The notes under the pieces are model-generated. The model saw only the letters and a program-made list of their open reading frames with translations. It made no database searches and was not told where the DNA came from. A DNA stretch of 64,000 bases from positions 2,030 to 66,029 of the forward strand of contig JQIX01000063.1 in NCBI GenBank assembly GCA_003934925.1, read 5' to 3'. Shown one piece after another: positions 20,095 through 31,532 of the stretch. Numbering within the stretch: the stretch's first letter is position 1; each line of letters opens with the position of its first letter. The position numbers and the translations under genes were made by a program. The DNA is from Epsilonproteobacteria bacterium (ex Lamellibrachia satsuma) (GTDB taxonomy: Bacteria; Campylobacterota; Campylobacteria; Campylobacterales; Sulfurovaceae).

Positions 20095-21637
20095 CTCCGT
20101 CTCCCTTCAGTTCTTTGGGGATCTTCTTGCTCGTTTGGGCACCAAGCTCTTTCAGCTGCTGCACCTGTCTGACCAGATTTCCTTTTCCGTCACTGAGTTT
20201 GTTCTTTGCCGCTGAAAAACTTCCCTGGATCGCATCGATCTGTTTGGATATTTTCATCAGGTCTTCGGAAAAACCGACGAACTTGTCATACATCGCTCCT
20301 GCTCTTCTGGCGATCTCCTGGGCATTTTGATTTTGGCGTTCATACTTCCATACATTTTCCACAGCACGCATGGCTACAAGCAGCGTGGTCGGGCCAACCA
20401 GGAGTATCTTTTTCTTAAAGGCAGTGTCATAGATACTGCTGTCATGCTCCAAAGCAACTGCCAATGCTCCCTCTATAGGCATGAACATAAAGATGAAATC
20501 CAAAGTATTCACCTCTTTGAGGCGTTCATAGTTCTTACGGGAGAGTCCTTCAACATGCAGGCGGATGGAGTCCAGATGTGCAGCCAGGTACTCCGCTTTG
20601 CTACTTTCATCTTCCGCATTCACAAAACGCTCATAAGCAAGCAATGAAGTTTTCGCATCTATAATGAGATCCCTGTTATCAGGAAGATGCACGACGACAT
20701 CCGGTCGAAGTATTTCGTTGTCATCTGTACGCAGGCTTACTTCCCGTTCAAATTCATGGCCTTTTCGCAGTCCTGAAGCTTCCAGTACATGTTCAAGTAC
20801 CATTTCACCCCAAATACCCTGCTGTTTGTTTTCACCTTTGAGTGCATTGGTAAGGTTGATGGCATCTTTGCTGATCTTCTCATTAAGCTCTTTAAGAGAG
20901 TTTATCTCATTTTTGAGGACGGCTCTGTCCTGACTCTCACTGTTATAGGTATCTGCCACCTGTTTTTTAAACTCGCTTATCTGGGTTTGAAGCGGCTTGA
21001 TCATACTGTTCAGATTTTGTTTTGAGAATTCTGCGAATTTCTGTGAATTCCCTTCAAAGATCTGTTTTGCCAGCTGTTCGAATTCGTCTTTGATCTCTTT
21101 TTTATGCTCCTGCATCATTTCAAGCCGGTTGGCGGCATGTCTGGATTCTGTCTCCAGTTTGGTCAGCAAGCGTGCATTGTTGATGCGGTATTTACTGTTA
21201 TCTTCCATTAAAAGTTCATGACGTTCCTGCAGTGATTTATGTTCAGCAAGAAGATCGGTGTACAGAGACTCGATATTTTCGAAGTTCGCTTTAAGTTCGC
21301 TCTGTTCTTTTTCCAAGGTATTGTATTGGTTCTGTGACTTGAGAAGCAATTCTTTTGTGGTATTTAATTGCTCTTTTGTCTCGAAAAACTGCTGCAGCTC
21401 CTGTTCATTGCTTGCATTTTTTATTTGGATGGCCTGCAATTCTTTTTCCAGCATCTCTATCTTGGTCTCTTTTTCTGTGAGCAGTTCTTTAAGCTCCCAC
21501 AGTGTGTCACTCTGTGACTTGACCTTGGTCGAAAAGATCACCACGATAAGTACGATCACCAACAGAACGACCACTGCAATACCGGCTATGAGCATCAACG
21601 TTGAGTCATTCTGTATTCTTAATAGTAATTCCTGCAT
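20087..21637 (-). CDS. rmuC: DNA recombination protein RmuC
   Basis: N-terminal TM and coiled coil, QGIWGEMVLE, LRPDVVVHLP, IIDAK, GPTTLL. Confidence 0.93.
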   Translation of the reverse strand: MQELLLRIQNDSTLMLIAGIAVVVLLVIVLIVVIFSTKVKSQSDTLWELKELLTEKETKIEMLEKELQAIQIKNASNEQELQQFFETKEQLNTTKELLLKSQNQYNTLEKEQSELKANFENIESLYTDLLAEHKSLQERHELLMEDNSKYRINNARLLTKLETESRHAANRLEMMQEHKKEIKDEFEQLAKQIFEGNSQKFAEFSKQNLNSMIKPLQTQISEFKKQVADTYNSESQDRAVLKNEINSLKELNEKISKDAINLTNALKGENKQQGIWGEMVLEHVLEASGLRKGHEFEREVSLRTDDNEILRPDVVVHLPDNRDLIIDAKTSLLAYERFVNAEDESSKAEYLAAHLDSIRLHVEGLSRKNYERLKEVNTLDFIFMFMPIEGALAVALEHDSSIYDTAFKKKILLVGPTTLLVAMRAVENVWKYERQNQNAQEIARRAGAMYDKFVGFSEDLMKISKQIDAIQGSFSAAKNKLSDGKGNLVRQVQQLKELGAQTSKKIPKELKGDGDE

Positions 21638-21640
21638 TCT

Positions 21641-22171
21641 CTACCCTCTGATAAAATCATATTTTTTTGGATAATCACATCGCATGCTTTCAGGCTTTAG
21701 TTTGCCTTTACCGTATTTCATATGATCAAAAATGATCAGTACGGTATTTTCAAGATCGTCATAATAGGCGACTCTGGATAATCGCCCTTTTGCATCGATC
21801 TGCAGTGTATAATCCTTGCCTTCATATTTCGCTATAAAGACTGTCTTCTTATCTTTGAACGGCTTTGCTGTTCTCAAGACGGCAGGCAGATTGAATGATC
21901 TGCCGATAAGATAGCTGGAGACCTGCTCAAGATCATGATCGACCACAAGCAGTTCAGATCCATCTGTACATACTTCTTTTTTCGTAGGTTCAAGATACTC
22001 CCATTTCAATCGATTTTTATCTGAAAAGCGTACTTTTCCACTATAGACTATGCTCTTTTTCTTTGTATTTGTGATCTTCTGCGTAAAGGCGGCCTGAAAA
22101 TTTTCCGGAACCGTGATCGATGCAGCGAAGAGCGTTGAAATCGATACTAGTCCAATCCATAATAATCTCAT
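21641..22171 (-). CDS. lolA: Outer-membrane lipoprotein chaperone LolA
   Basis: Signal peptide, FQAAFTQ, KWEYLEP, DHDLEQV; divergent from secA. Confidence 0.88.
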   Translation of the reverse strand: MRLLWIGLVSISTLFAASITVPENFQAAFTQKITNTKKKSIVYSGKVRFSDKNRLKWEYLEPTKKEVCTDGSELLVVDHDLEQVSSYLIGRSFNLPAVLRTAKPFKDKKTVFIAKYEGKDYTLQIDAKGRLSRVAYYDDLENTVLIIFDHMKYGKGKLKPESMRCDYPKKYDFIRG

Positions 22172-22362
22172 AAATATTCCTTTTTATGTAATAAAAATAT
22201 AGCAGAATAACACTTGCTATGGGGTGATATCTGTCATATTGTCATAAAATTGTAGAGTAACTGTGATAATGCAAGTATACATTGCCGTACTAACGATTTA
22301 TTAATCACTTTTTGGATAAAATAATTTCAATTTATAAAAACCATAAACTAGGCAAGACAACT

Positions 22363-25002
22363 ATGATTAAAAAAGTACTCAAAATTTTTGGCACACAGAA
22401 CGACAAGATCGTTAAAAATTATCTCAAAAAAGTAAAGAACATCAATGTACTTGAACCTACGTATGAGAAAATGAGTGATGAAGAACTCCAGTCGGCATTC
22501 GCTGCTTTAAAGGAGAGTGTACTCAAGGGAGAGAAAAGTCTTGATGATGTACTTTATGATTCTTTTGCCATTACCAGAGAGGCAAGTAAGCGTGTCCTTG
22601 ATTTGAGACACTACGATGTGCAGATGGTCGGGGGTATGGTACTCAATGACGGAAACATCGCAGAGATGAAGACAGGTGAAGGTAAAACACTCGTAGCCAC
22701 TCTTGCTGTTGTACTCAATGCGATGACAGGCAAAGGGGTACATGTCGTTACCGTGAACGACTACCTTGCAAAAAGGGACTCGGATGACATGGGTGTCCTT
22801 TACAATTTTCTCGGTTACAGCGTCGGGTGCATCACTGCGGACGTACATGATGAAATAGACAGGAAAGCACAATATGATGCAGATATCACTTACGGTACCA
22901 ACAATGAATACGGCTTTGATTACCTGCGTGACAATATGAAAGTACGTGCCGAAGAAAAGGTACAGAGAGCGCATCATTATGCCATTGTGGATGAAGTGGA
23001 TTCCATCCTTATCGATGAAGCAAGAACCCCGCTTATCATTTCCGGCCCTACGCAAAGAGACCAGAACCATTATGCAAGAGCCAATGAGATAGCAAAACAG
23101 ATGGAACGTGGAGAGAAGATAGAGACCCGGGCGGGTGAAGATGAAAAAACTACCGGTGACTTCATTGTAGATGAGAAGGACAGGACCATTATAATGACAG
23201 AACAGGGACTTCAAAAGGCACAGGACCTCTTTGAAGTAGACAATCTGTACAGCCTTGAGAATGCAGCCCTTTCGCATCACCTTGATCAGGCACTTAAAGC
23301 AAATTATATTTTTGAAAAAGATGTTGATTATGTGGTTCAGAACAATGAGATCATCATTGTTGATGAATTTACAGGAAGGCTCTCTGAAGGACGAAGATAC
23401 TCCGAAGGGCTGCACCAGGCACTTGAAGCCAAAGAGGGGGTAGAGATACAGGAAGAATCCCAGACACTTGCAGAGATCACATACCAGAACTACTTCAGAC
23501 TTTATGAAAAACTTGCAGGTATGACCGGTACAGCCCAGACAGAAGCCACTGAGTTCGCACAGATCTACGACCTGGATGTTATCTCCATTCCTACCAACGT
23601 CCCTGTTGAACGTATTGACAGAAATGACCTTATCTACAACACTGAGCGTGAAAAACTCGATGCTGTTGTTCGAAAAGTAAAAGAATATCATACAAAAGGA
23701 CAACCCGTTCTCATAGGTACCGCTTCCATTGAAAAATCTGAAATGATCCATGAAAGACTTAAAAAAGAGAAACTCCCACATAATGTTCTCAATGCAAAGA
23801 ACCACTTTCAGGAAGCGGAGATCATTGTAAATGCCGGGCAGAAAGCTGCCGTAACAGTTGCTACGAACATGGCAGGCCGTGGGGTTGATATCAAAATCGA
23901 TGATGAAGTAAGAAGTCTGGGCGGTTTGGCTATTTTAGGTACAGAAAGACACGAAAGCCGTCGTATAGACAACCAGCTTAGAGGACGTTCAGGACGTCAG
24001 GGTGATCCGGGAGAGAGTCAATTCTTCCTCAGCCTTGATGACAATCTTCTACGTATCTTCGGTGGAGAGAAGATCAGAAACATCATGAACAAACTAGGCG
24101 TGGAAGAAGGAGAATATATCGACTCCAAGATCGTTACAAGATCTGTTGAAAAAGCTCAGAAAAAAGTGGAGAACCAACACTATGAGTCAAGAAAACACAT
24201 CCTGGAATATGATGATGTTGCCAACCATCAGAGAAAAGCCATCTATGCATTCAGAAATCAGCTTCTTGATCCGGAATTCGATATTGCAGCCAAGATCAAA
24301 GAGAATCGTGCCGAATACATAGCACATCTTCTTGCAGAGGCTGAGATCTATGAGGGAATGCCTAAAGAGGATTTCAATGTTGAAAAACTTGCAAAACTCA
24401 TTAAAGAGGAACTTCATATAGAAGTAGATCATCAATACTTTGTCAACAAAGAAATAGAAGAGCTTAGCACCATGATCACTGAGATGATGGAAAATCTCTA
24501 TGAAGAGAAAATGTCTCAGATCGAGCCAGAACAAAGACAGGAAATAGAACGGATCCTCTACCTTCAGGTACTCGACCCTCAATGGAGAGACCACCTGTAT
24601 GAGATGGATGTACTTAAAACAGGTATCGGGCTGAGAGGCTACAATCAAAAAGACCCTCTCACTGAGTATAAACAGGACAGTTACAAACTCTTCACTGATC
24701 TTGTGCAGCGCATCAAATATGAAGCAGTGAAAGTACTTCAACTTGTTCAGTTCGACTTTACTTCCCCTGAAGAAGAGGAATCTGCAGTTGAACAGATCAG
24801 GGAAGAGTTGGAGAGCGAAGTAGCAGAAACAACGCTCAACCAATCTTTCGAAGAGGGTGTGATAGCCGAAGATTCTTCTTCTCTTAAACCGATCACCGGA
24901 ACTAAAAAGCCTAAAAGGAACGAACCCTGTCCATGCGGTTCTGGCAAGAAATACAAAAACTGCTGTGGGAAAAGCGGGCCTAAAAAAGGCTTATTAGCCT
25001 AA
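22363..25002 (+). CDS. secA: Preprotein translocase ATPase SecA
   Basis: [45 protein letters not shown] motif [13 protein letters not shown]. Confidence 0.98.
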   Translation: MIKKVLKIFGTQNDKIVKNYLKKVKNINVLEPTYEKMSDEELQSAFAALKESVLKGEKSLDDVLYDSFAITREASKRVLDLRHYDVQMVGGMVLNDGNIAEMKTGEGKTLVATLAVVLNAMTGKGVHVVTVNDYLAKRDSDDMGVLYNFLGYSVGCITADVHDEIDRKAQYDADITYGTNNEYGFDYLRDNMKVRAEEKVQRAHHYAIVDEVDSILIDEARTPLIISGPTQRDQNHYARANEIAKQMERGEKIETRAGEDEKTTGDFIVDEKDRTIIMTEQGLQKAQDLFEVDNLYSLENAALSHHLDQALKANYIFEKDVDYVVQNNEIIIVDEFTGRLSEGRRYSEGLHQALEAKEGVEIQEESQTLAEITYQNYFRLYEKLAGMTGTAQTEATEFAQIYDLDVISIPTNVPVERIDRNDLIYNTEREKLDAVVRKVKEYHTKGQPVLIGTASIEKSEMIHERLKKEKLPHNVLNAKNHFQEAEIIVNAGQKAAVTVATNMAGRGVDIKIDDEVRSLGGLAILGTERHESRRIDNQLRGRSGRQGDPGESQFFLSLDDNLLRIFGGEKIRNIMNKLGVEEGEYIDSKIVTRSVEKAQKKVENQHYESRKHILEYDDVANHQRKAIYAFRNQLLDPEFDIAAKIKENRAEYIAHLLAEAEIYEGMPKEDFNVEKLAKLIKEELHIEVDHQYFVNKEIEELSTMITEMMENLYEEKMSQIEPEQRQEIERILYLQVLDPQWRDHLYEMDVLKTGIGLRGYNQKDPLTEYKQDSYKLFTDLVQRIKYEAVKVLQLVQFDFTSPEEEESAVEQIREELESEVAETTLNQSFEEGVIAEDSSSLKPITGTKKPKRNEPCPCGSGKKYKNCCGKSGPKKGLLA

Positions 25003-26213
25003 TGTCCCTCAAACCCAACGAACAGTTTGTTCGTAGTATCATCAAGCATTACCTGAAATATGACAAAGAAAATCCTTTTATTTTTATTTCCGCACTGCTG
25101 GCCTTTTTGGGTATCGCTGCGGGAGTAATGGTATTGATGATCGCTATGGGAATCATGAACGGTACACAAAAAGAATTCACTAAAAAGCTTTTTGTCATGA
25201 ATTACCCTCTTACCGTACTTCCTGTTGAAGAGAATGCCATAAACGATAAGTTGCTACAGTCACTCTCAGAAAAATTTCCCCACCTGAAATTCAGTCCCTA
25301 CTATACCACCCAGGTCATTACCAAAAATGCCGGTGCTGTACAGGGATCCCTGCTCTACGGTGTGGATTATGAAAAAGAGAGTAAGATCAATTCTATTTTT
25401 AAGAAGGCCAGAGGGAAGGGAAAGAGTAAGTTCAAGGTGGTCATAGGTGAAGGACTTTCTTTTGAAATGGATGCGCCTAAAGGCGAAAAGGTCACACTCT
25501 ATTTTTCAGAGCAGCAAGCCGCAGGGTTTGGAACCATGCCTTTGCAGAAACGTTTTATTGTAGATGGTGTATTTAAATCCGGTTTAAAGGCCTATGACAA
25601 AGCTATTATGTACACTACCCTGGAAGCATTCGAAAAGCTTCTCAAACGTCCTAAAGGTATCTATGACGGTCTTCATATCTATACGAAAAACCCGCTTGAC
25701 GAGATTGATAGCATTAAAGCTGCACTTCCTAAAAATGTTCTCATTGAAGGATGGTGGCAACAGAACGGCAACTTCTTTTCCGCTATGGAAATGGAGAAAA
25801 AAGCCCTCTTTCTGGTCTTGCTGCTCATCATACTTGTTGCATCACTGAATATTATCTCTTCTCTGTTGATGACGGTAATGAGCAGACGAAGCGAGATCGC
25901 TCTTATGCGTACTTTGGGAGCTACAAAAGTAGAAATAAGATCTATCTTCTTTAGACTGGGACTCATCATAGGAACTGCCGGTATAGTCGCAGGTACCCTG
26001 CTTGGCACACTTGGGATATGGATACTTAAAACTTTTGATATTGTCTCCATACCTGAGGATGTTTACGGTACGAGCAAACTTCCTGTAGATCTCCTGATGA
26101 GTGATTTCGGACTTATCATTGCAGGAACCTCCATCATTATTTTACTCTCTGCACTTTACCCGGCAAAAAAAGCAGCACAGACCGATCCCCTGACAGTGCT
26201 GAGAAACGAATAA
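25002..26213 (+). CDS. LolC/E-family lipoprotein-release ABC permease
   Basis: GIAAGVMVLMIAMGIMNG, MEKKALFLVL, EIALMRTLGA. Confidence 0.9.
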   Translation: MSLKPNEQFVRSIIKHYLKYDKENPFIFISALLAFLGIAAGVMVLMIAMGIMNGTQKEFTKKLFVMNYPLTVLPVEENAINDKLLQSLSEKFPHLKFSPYYTTQVITKNAGAVQGSLLYGVDYEKESKINSIFKKARGKGKSKFKVVIGEGLSFEMDAPKGEKVTLYFSEQQAAGFGTMPLQKRFIVDGVFKSGLKAYDKAIMYTTLEAFEKLLKRPKGIYDGLHIYTKNPLDEIDSIKAALPKNVLIEGWWQQNGNFFSAMEMEKKALFLVLLLIILVASLNIISSLLMTVMSRRSEIALMRTLGATKVEIRSIFFRLGLIIGTAGIVAGTLLGTLGIWILKTFDIVSIPEDVYGTSKLPVDLLMSDFGLIIAGTSIIILLSALYPAKKAAQTDPLTVLRNE

Positions 26214-26242
26214 AGGGAACCTCTATATGAGCTTGCCAAAGC

Positions 26243-28861
26243 TTACTTGTTGATAATATGGGCTGGTGATTCGATCGTACGCTTTAAGAATTGCAAAGGC
26301 AGAGTAAGTACATCCTGTGCTGCCGTTGTCTGTACTTTCGGATTATCCAATGTTCCGGTGACTTTCAGTCCCACTGTCATACTTTTGTCTTTTCCCATAA
26401 ATATATACCCTAACAAAGGAATATTACCTACAATTTTTCCAAATTCTCTGACTGTCCGTATGGCAAGGTCCATATGGATGGTTTTCTTCTTCATGTTGAC
26501 TTCTCCCTTGCCTGCGACCGTTGCAGTACCCCCTTTGATATATACCGAATCAAAGATGATCTTTTCCCCTATGATACGGTATTCAATAACACCCTCTTTT
26601 ATCTTAAATCCCTTTCCTGAAAAACCGGGGCTTTTTAAAACAGCTAAAGCAGGGAGGGCGTTGATAAGGGCCAAAGTATTATTATAAGCTTTAAAGTTAC
26701 TTATTGCTCCACCTTCAACGATGATCTGCCCCTTCATTACCTTATCCGGATCACCGGATAATTTGATCGTATATCGTCCATTATTCAATCCTTTAAAATG
26801 GATGAGCGGATGCAGCATTTTATCTTTTACGCGTAAAGCCTGTACTGAAAACTTTTTCCCTGTTTTATTGAACTTAACGATATCTCCGTCTAAACTTCCC
26901 ATGGCATCAATATTGCCATTTTCTTTTATTTCTATATCATATGTGTCTGTCACCAATATATATTTATCATACCGTATTTGACTGTTTTGCCCCAAAATAA
27001 CTATTTTTTTGCCTTTAGCCTGCTTTAATCCACTTTTTTTCCGTGAAACCTGCTTTAATTCGCCTTTTTTCCATGAGGACAGGAACTGTCTGAGATCTAT
27101 ATTCAGATCTTTTAGTTTTATACGTGATCTATTGGCATTATAATATAAACGTTTATTAAACGCATAAAAGTCTATACCTTTTTTTGTGATCTTGCCGCTA
27201 CACGGTACTCTTGTGTAGCAGATATTTTTTTTATCATAAAAAAAGCATGATTTCCTCAGAAGTTCTCCTTTGAATGTATAGGCTTCGAAATCTTTGGTCC
27301 TGATATCAAGCTTTCCGCCATCTACTTCTAATCCAAAATCTTTAAGATAAGGTTTGATCTTCTCTATCTTTCCTATCTGTATCAATGTTTCGTTAGAATC
27401 ATTCACTATCTTTAATTTCAATGTCGGAATATTGACTGCAATATTTTTGCTGTATCCCAGGGTCAACGGCAATTGTTTGTTTTTCAATACAAAAAACTTT
27501 TCCTTTTCTCCTCCGATACTGATAAGATCCGCATCAAAGTTCATATCGGCTTTTTTCTTTGTTAAATCTATCTTTCCATTCACCCTTCCTGCATACCAGC
27601 TCTCTTTGAGATCAATATCCTTAAGTTTGATGGATCCCTTCTCATATTTCACATTTCCATCAAGCACCGGAATTTTTACCTTGCCGATATAGATATCCCC
27701 TTCCCCCACATCAACATCAACATATACAGAGATTTTTTGCGCAGATTTTTTCTTTAACGGTATTCCCAGTTCTACATTCACATTTGATGTACCGTTTTTC
27801 TGCTCTACAGGAATATTTAGCTTATAGGCTTTCAATATCTCCTGTACCACACTGTCTATGGGTGTCTGTTTTATATATAGATCAAGATTGAGCATAGTAG
27901 GAGAGGATCCTGGCAAGTTCGTGATCGATACTTTGCTTCCTGTTAAATCTCTTCCTTTATATATAGGTTTTTTCAGATCAAAATAGAGGCTGCCTTTTCT
28001 ATAGGTCAAAATAAAACTCTCCGCTGTAACAGGAGCCAGTCCTTCTTTATAGTGGATCTTTACATCTTCAAAAAATGCACTTCCTTCAAGTGTATCCATA
28101 TCCAATTTAAAGCTATGGTCCACCAGAGTTCCTCGTCCTGACAATGCGTATAGCCTATATTTTTTTGCCTGCACTTTTTCAACGATCCAACTTTTAATGG
28201 CTTCTTTGAGTGGAAATTTTTCTATGAGTGTTTTCAGGTCAGTAAATGCTTCACTGTTCAGCGTAAAATCTATATTGTCATTCTCTTTATTTGCCTGAAA
28301 TCTCCCCTTGATATTATAAGCATCGAACTGGCCTTTCGTTTCCAGCCTGCCACTGTCTGCATAGTAAGCAAGTTCTCCCTTTATATTGATCTGGCCTTTC
28401 TTGATATACAGCATAGAGACATCGGCAATGAACTTCTGCCCTTCTCTACGTACATTTCCTGCGATCTCATAATCATTACTGGTAATATAAAGTATATCAT
28501 CCGCAAAAATGATCTTTAGTTCATTATTTTCAAAGTGTACTTTACTCAACTCTATATAGTTAAAAAATACAAGAAGATATTTAATATTGTCAAATGTCGG
28601 ACCTAAATTATCAAATGAGGGTTTTGCTTTGCTTCTTGGGATCGTTATATTCTCTGCCTGCAATGTAAGCTTTTTATCGAGTTTAATGTATAATCCATTT
28701 ACCTTGTAGCGACCGAAAACCAGTTCATCTGCATGGATACCTGTTTTAAGCCAAAAGAAAAGCGCTGCAAAAAGGATAAGTAGAAAGATGAGTGTATCAC
28801 GAAATGCCATATACAGAACATGCTTAGCATGGGCAGAAAACATTGTACTGATCTTTCTCAT
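26243..28861 (-). CDS. AsmA-like / DUF3971 envelope protein; start uncertain (28861, 28843 or 28810)
   Basis: Long ORF with N-terminal TM and C-terminal NIPLLGYIFMG...VTGTLDNPKV pattern. Confidence 0.8.
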   Translation of the reverse strand: MRKISTMFSAHAKHVLYMAFRDTLIFLLILFAALFFWLKTGIHADELVFGRYKVNGLYIKLDKKLTLQAENITIPRSKAKPSFDNLGPTFDNIKYLLVFFNYIELSKVHFENNELKIIFADDILYITSNDYEIAGNVRREGQKFIADVSMLYIKKGQINIKGELAYYADSGRLETKGQFDAYNIKGRFQANKENDNIDFTLNSEAFTDLKTLIEKFPLKEAIKSWIVEKVQAKKYRLYALSGRGTLVDHSFKLDMDTLEGSAFFEDVKIHYKEGLAPVTAESFILTYRKGSLYFDLKKPIYKGRDLTGSKVSITNLPGSSPTMLNLDLYIKQTPIDSVVQEILKAYKLNIPVEQKNGTSNVNVELGIPLKKKSAQKISVYVDVDVGEGDIYIGKVKIPVLDGNVKYEKGSIKLKDIDLKESWYAGRVNGKIDLTKKKADMNFDADLISIGGEKEKFFVLKNKQLPLTLGYSKNIAVNIPTLKLKIVNDSNETLIQIGKIEKIKPYLKDFGLEVDGGKLDIRTKDFEAYTFKGELLRKSCFFYDKKNICYTRVPCSGKITKKGIDFYAFNKRLYYNANRSRIKLKDLNIDLRQFLSSWKKGELKQVSRKKSGLKQAKGKKIVILGQNSQIRYDKYILVTDTYDIEIKENGNIDAMGSLDGDIVKFNKTGKKFSVQALRVKDKMLHPLIHFKGLNNGRYTIKLSGDPDKVMKGQIIVEGGAISNFKAYNNTLALINALPALAVLKSPGFSGKGFKIKEGVIEYRIIGEKIIFDSVYIKGGTATVAGKGEVNMKKKTIHMDLAIRTVREFGKIVGNIPLLGYIFMGKDKSMTVGLKVTGTLDNPKVQTTAAQDVLTLPLQFLKRTIESPAHIINK

Positions 28862-29741
28862 CTCTTTAGCCTTTTACACTACACTGCCTCTTCAAACGAC
28901 ACAAACACTTTTTGTACCCCAAGGCTCTATAGGAAGTATTATATCACAGCTGACCAAAAAAGGGTACGAACTTTCTGTCATAGATACCTATATACTTCGA
29001 CTTATGGGAACACCCAAAACCGGGTGGATATTCATAGGAAAAAATAAGATCAACCGTATTGATTTTCTTTACAAACTGACCAGTGCCAAAGCGATGATAA
29101 AGAAAGTGACACTCATTCCGGGAGAAACTTCTGAACTCTTTTTTGAAGCACTCGCCAAAAATCTGAAGCTTGACAAAGATAAACTGCTGACATACTACAG
29201 GGATTTCTCTTCCTATCCCGAAGCAGGTATCTATGCAGATACCTACTATGTACCTTACGGCATAAAAGAAAAACATCTTATGCACTTTCTTGTTCAAGAA
29301 TCAGAGAAAAAGTATAAAAACATTTCAGAAAAGATCTATGGAACATATAATAAAGAACAGTGGTCCAAGGTACTTATCATCGCCTCGATCATACAAAAAG
29401 AGGCAGCCGATAACAAGGAGATGCCTCTAGTCTCTTCTGTCATCTATAACCGTCTCAAAAAAGGAATGCGGCTGCAGATGGACGGCACACTGAATTATGG
29501 CAAATACTCCCATATCAAGGTTACTCCGGAACGCATAAAAAATGACCTGACAAGTTTCAATACCTATAAACACAAAGGGTTACCCCAGTCTCCTATCGGT
29601 TCCGTAAGCTTTTCAGCTATTAGAGCAGCTATCAAACCGGCAAAGACGAACTACCTCTACTTCATGAAGAACAAAAAAGGGGTACATGACTTCAGTACTA
29701 CTTTTAAAAAGCATCGAAGCAATATCAGAAAAGCCAGATAA
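28788..29741 (+). CDS. mltG: Endolytic transglycosylase MltG
   Basis: IASIIQKEA, SSVIYNRLKKGMRLQMDGT, FNTYKHKGLP, YLYF. Confidence 0.93.
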   Translation: MSVSRNAIYRTCLAWAENIVLIFLISLAFYTTLPLQTTQTLFVPQGSIGSIISQLTKKGYELSVIDTYILRLMGTPKTGWIFIGKNKINRIDFLYKLTSAKAMIKKVTLIPGETSELFFEALAKNLKLDKDKLLTYYRDFSSYPEAGIYADTYYVPYGIKEKHLMHFLVQESEKKYKNISEKIYGTYNKEQWSKVLIIASIIQKEAADNKEMPLVSSVIYNRLKKGMRLQMDGTLNYGKYSHIKVTPERIKNDLTSFNTYKHKGLPQSPIGSVSFSAIRAAIKPAKTNYLYFMKNKKGVHDFSTTFKKHRSNIRKAR

Positions 29742-31373
29742 CTATTTCATAAGAAGCTGAACAATATTCAGTACGAACATCACAATGAATCCAACCTTGT
29801 AAACCATTTTCTCGTTTCTTTCTATAAAGGAGAGGTTTTTATCGAAATAGGGTTTTACTTTAGCGGGATTATTCAGTTCATAAAGCATCTCCGAATAGTT
29901 ATGATAGCGTTTATCTGTATCTGTTTCTATTGCACGCAGAATAATACTTTCCAGCCAGTCCGGTATCTTGGCATTGTATTTAGTTGGGTGTTTCGGGTTT
30001 TTATCAAAATTTGGATTTTGGAAAGGTTCTATCTCACCGAACGGAAATTTTTGTGTCAATGCTTCGTAAAGTGTCACACCTATGGCATAGATCTCCGTCT
30101 GTTCTGTAACGGGTGCCTGTTCAAAACGTTCCGGTGCCAGGTAGGAAGGTGTTCCTGCGCGGGTCACATTGGAATAAGCTTCTATAATACTTCCAAAATC
30201 CACCATTTTAAAGACCAGTTTCTCTTTACGTTTGGTCACAATGATATTTTCAGGCTTGATATCGCCATGCACCAGATCCAATTTTATCAGGAACTGTGAC
30301 ATTTTTAGTAAAAACTGTGCTAACTCTATACCCATATCTACAGAAAGTGTCTTTTTAGCCGTAAATTCGTTCAGTGATACTCCCTCAACAAAACTCATAA
30401 TATAATAACGATGCGTTCGTTTTTTAGGAATGACTGCTTTGGGAAAGAAACCTGCTTTCAGGCGTTTTGCCATCCAGACCTCTTTGACAAAAAGATCAAG
30501 GATCACTTCATCATCCATGGCTTCAAAAGGGGCGAACTTGATGACATATTGTACCCCTTTTTTCTCACAAAGCCAGGTACGATTGTTCTGTATAAGCGGC
30601 TTTATAAGTCTGTAACCATCGATCTCCTCACCCTTTTTATAGCTCTCTTGGATGATCAGATCACTCTGTTTTAGCTTGAGCCTGGGGTCAAGTTCTTTTA
30701 TCTCTATGACTACGGCGGTGGTATCATCAGGCAGATCGTCATTGTGCAGTTTACTGGCTTTTCGTACAAGATAGGAAGCACCCATATGCAGACCGTCTGC
30801 CAGGACATCATCACCCAATTCATTATAAAGTCCATCACTGCAGAGCAGTATGCGATCCCCCGCACGAAGATTATTCTCAAAATAGTATGGCGAGATATCT
30901 TCTTCCAGACCCATTGCCGAAGTCAGTACAGACTCCATACCTTTTTCATCCATCGTATGATCTGATGAGAGCTGCAGGAACGTATTCCCCCGCTGTAGGT
31001 AAATGCGGCTGTCACCAACATTGGCACCGTAGAGTCTATCGCCTTCAATGACCACAAGTGTCAGTGTTGTGACCAGTTCTTCCCTTTCATAATCCTGCAT
31101 GGATTCCAGATGCAAAACCCGGTTAATGTTCTTGATGAAATGTTTGATCGATTTTTCCATAGACCATGACTTAGGTCTATTCTTAAGAGAGCTAACAAGA
31201 AAATGACCTGTTCTTCTGGCAGCCTCAGCACCTAAACTGGCTGACCCTACCCCGTCACAAACAACCGCCACGGTAATATTGTCCATGACTTTAACTTCAA
31301 AAAAGTCATCCCCTTTGAGCCGTGTACCTTTGGCAAGCGTAAAGCCTGATGTTTCGATGTTCTGTTTGGACAT
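29742..31373 (-). CDS. Bifunctional PP2C phosphatase / Ser-Thr protein kinase
   Basis: VCDGVG, NVGDSR, LLCSDGL, DD (PP2C), then HGDIKPEN, DFG, GTPSYLAPE (kinase) and a C-terminal TM. Confidence 0.92.
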   Translation of the reverse strand: MSKQNIETSGFTLAKGTRLKGDDFFEVKVMDNITVAVVCDGVGSASLGAEAARRTGHFLVSSLKNRPKSWSMEKSIKHFIKNINRVLHLESMQDYEREELVTTLTLVVIEGDRLYGANVGDSRIYLQRGNTFLQLSSDHTMDEKGMESVLTSAMGLEEDISPYYFENNLRAGDRILLCSDGLYNELGDDVLADGLHMGASYLVRKASKLHNDDLPDDTTAVVIEIKELDPRLKLKQSDLIIQESYKKGEEIDGYRLIKPLIQNNRTWLCEKKGVQYVIKFAPFEAMDDEVILDLFVKEVWMAKRLKAGFFPKAVIPKKRTHRYYIMSFVEGVSLNEFTAKKTLSVDMGIELAQFLLKMSQFLIKLDLVHGDIKPENIIVTKRKEKLVFKMVDFGSIIEAYSNVTRAGTPSYLAPERFEQAPVTEQTEIYAIGVTLYEALTQKFPFGEIEPFQNPNFDKNPKHPTKYNAKIPDWLESIILRAIETDTDKRYHNYSEMLYELNNPAKVKPYFDKNLSFIERNEKMVYKVGFIVMFVLNIVQLLMK

Positions 31374-31480
31374 AGACACCCTTTATTGCATATTCTAAAT
31401 TATATGATAGGGATTATGACATAATTTAAAATATTTAGATGCAAACTTTGTTTGTAATTTAGATTTTCTTCTCTACTTTT

Positions 31481-31510
31481 CTTAACGCTCAGCGCTGAAC
31501 GCTGAACACT
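31481..31510 (-). repeat. Heptamer array CTTAACG CTCAGCG CTGAACG CTGAACA
   Basis: Four units just past the narK stop, preceded by a pyrimidine tract similar to 17060-17078. Confidence 0.88.
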
Positions 31511-31532
31511 TTTAAAAAGGTAAATTGTCTTT

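Noticed and set aside
22291-22307. TTAATCA half-site upstream of secA
   Set aside because: The left half does not match, so it is not a copy of the nitrogen palindrome.
22507-23805. 432-aa ORF antisense to secA, and similar long shadows (402-1082, 8455-9156, 10760-11437, 40876-41313)
   Set aside because: Fully overlap well-supported genes on the other strand and show no recognisable motifs.
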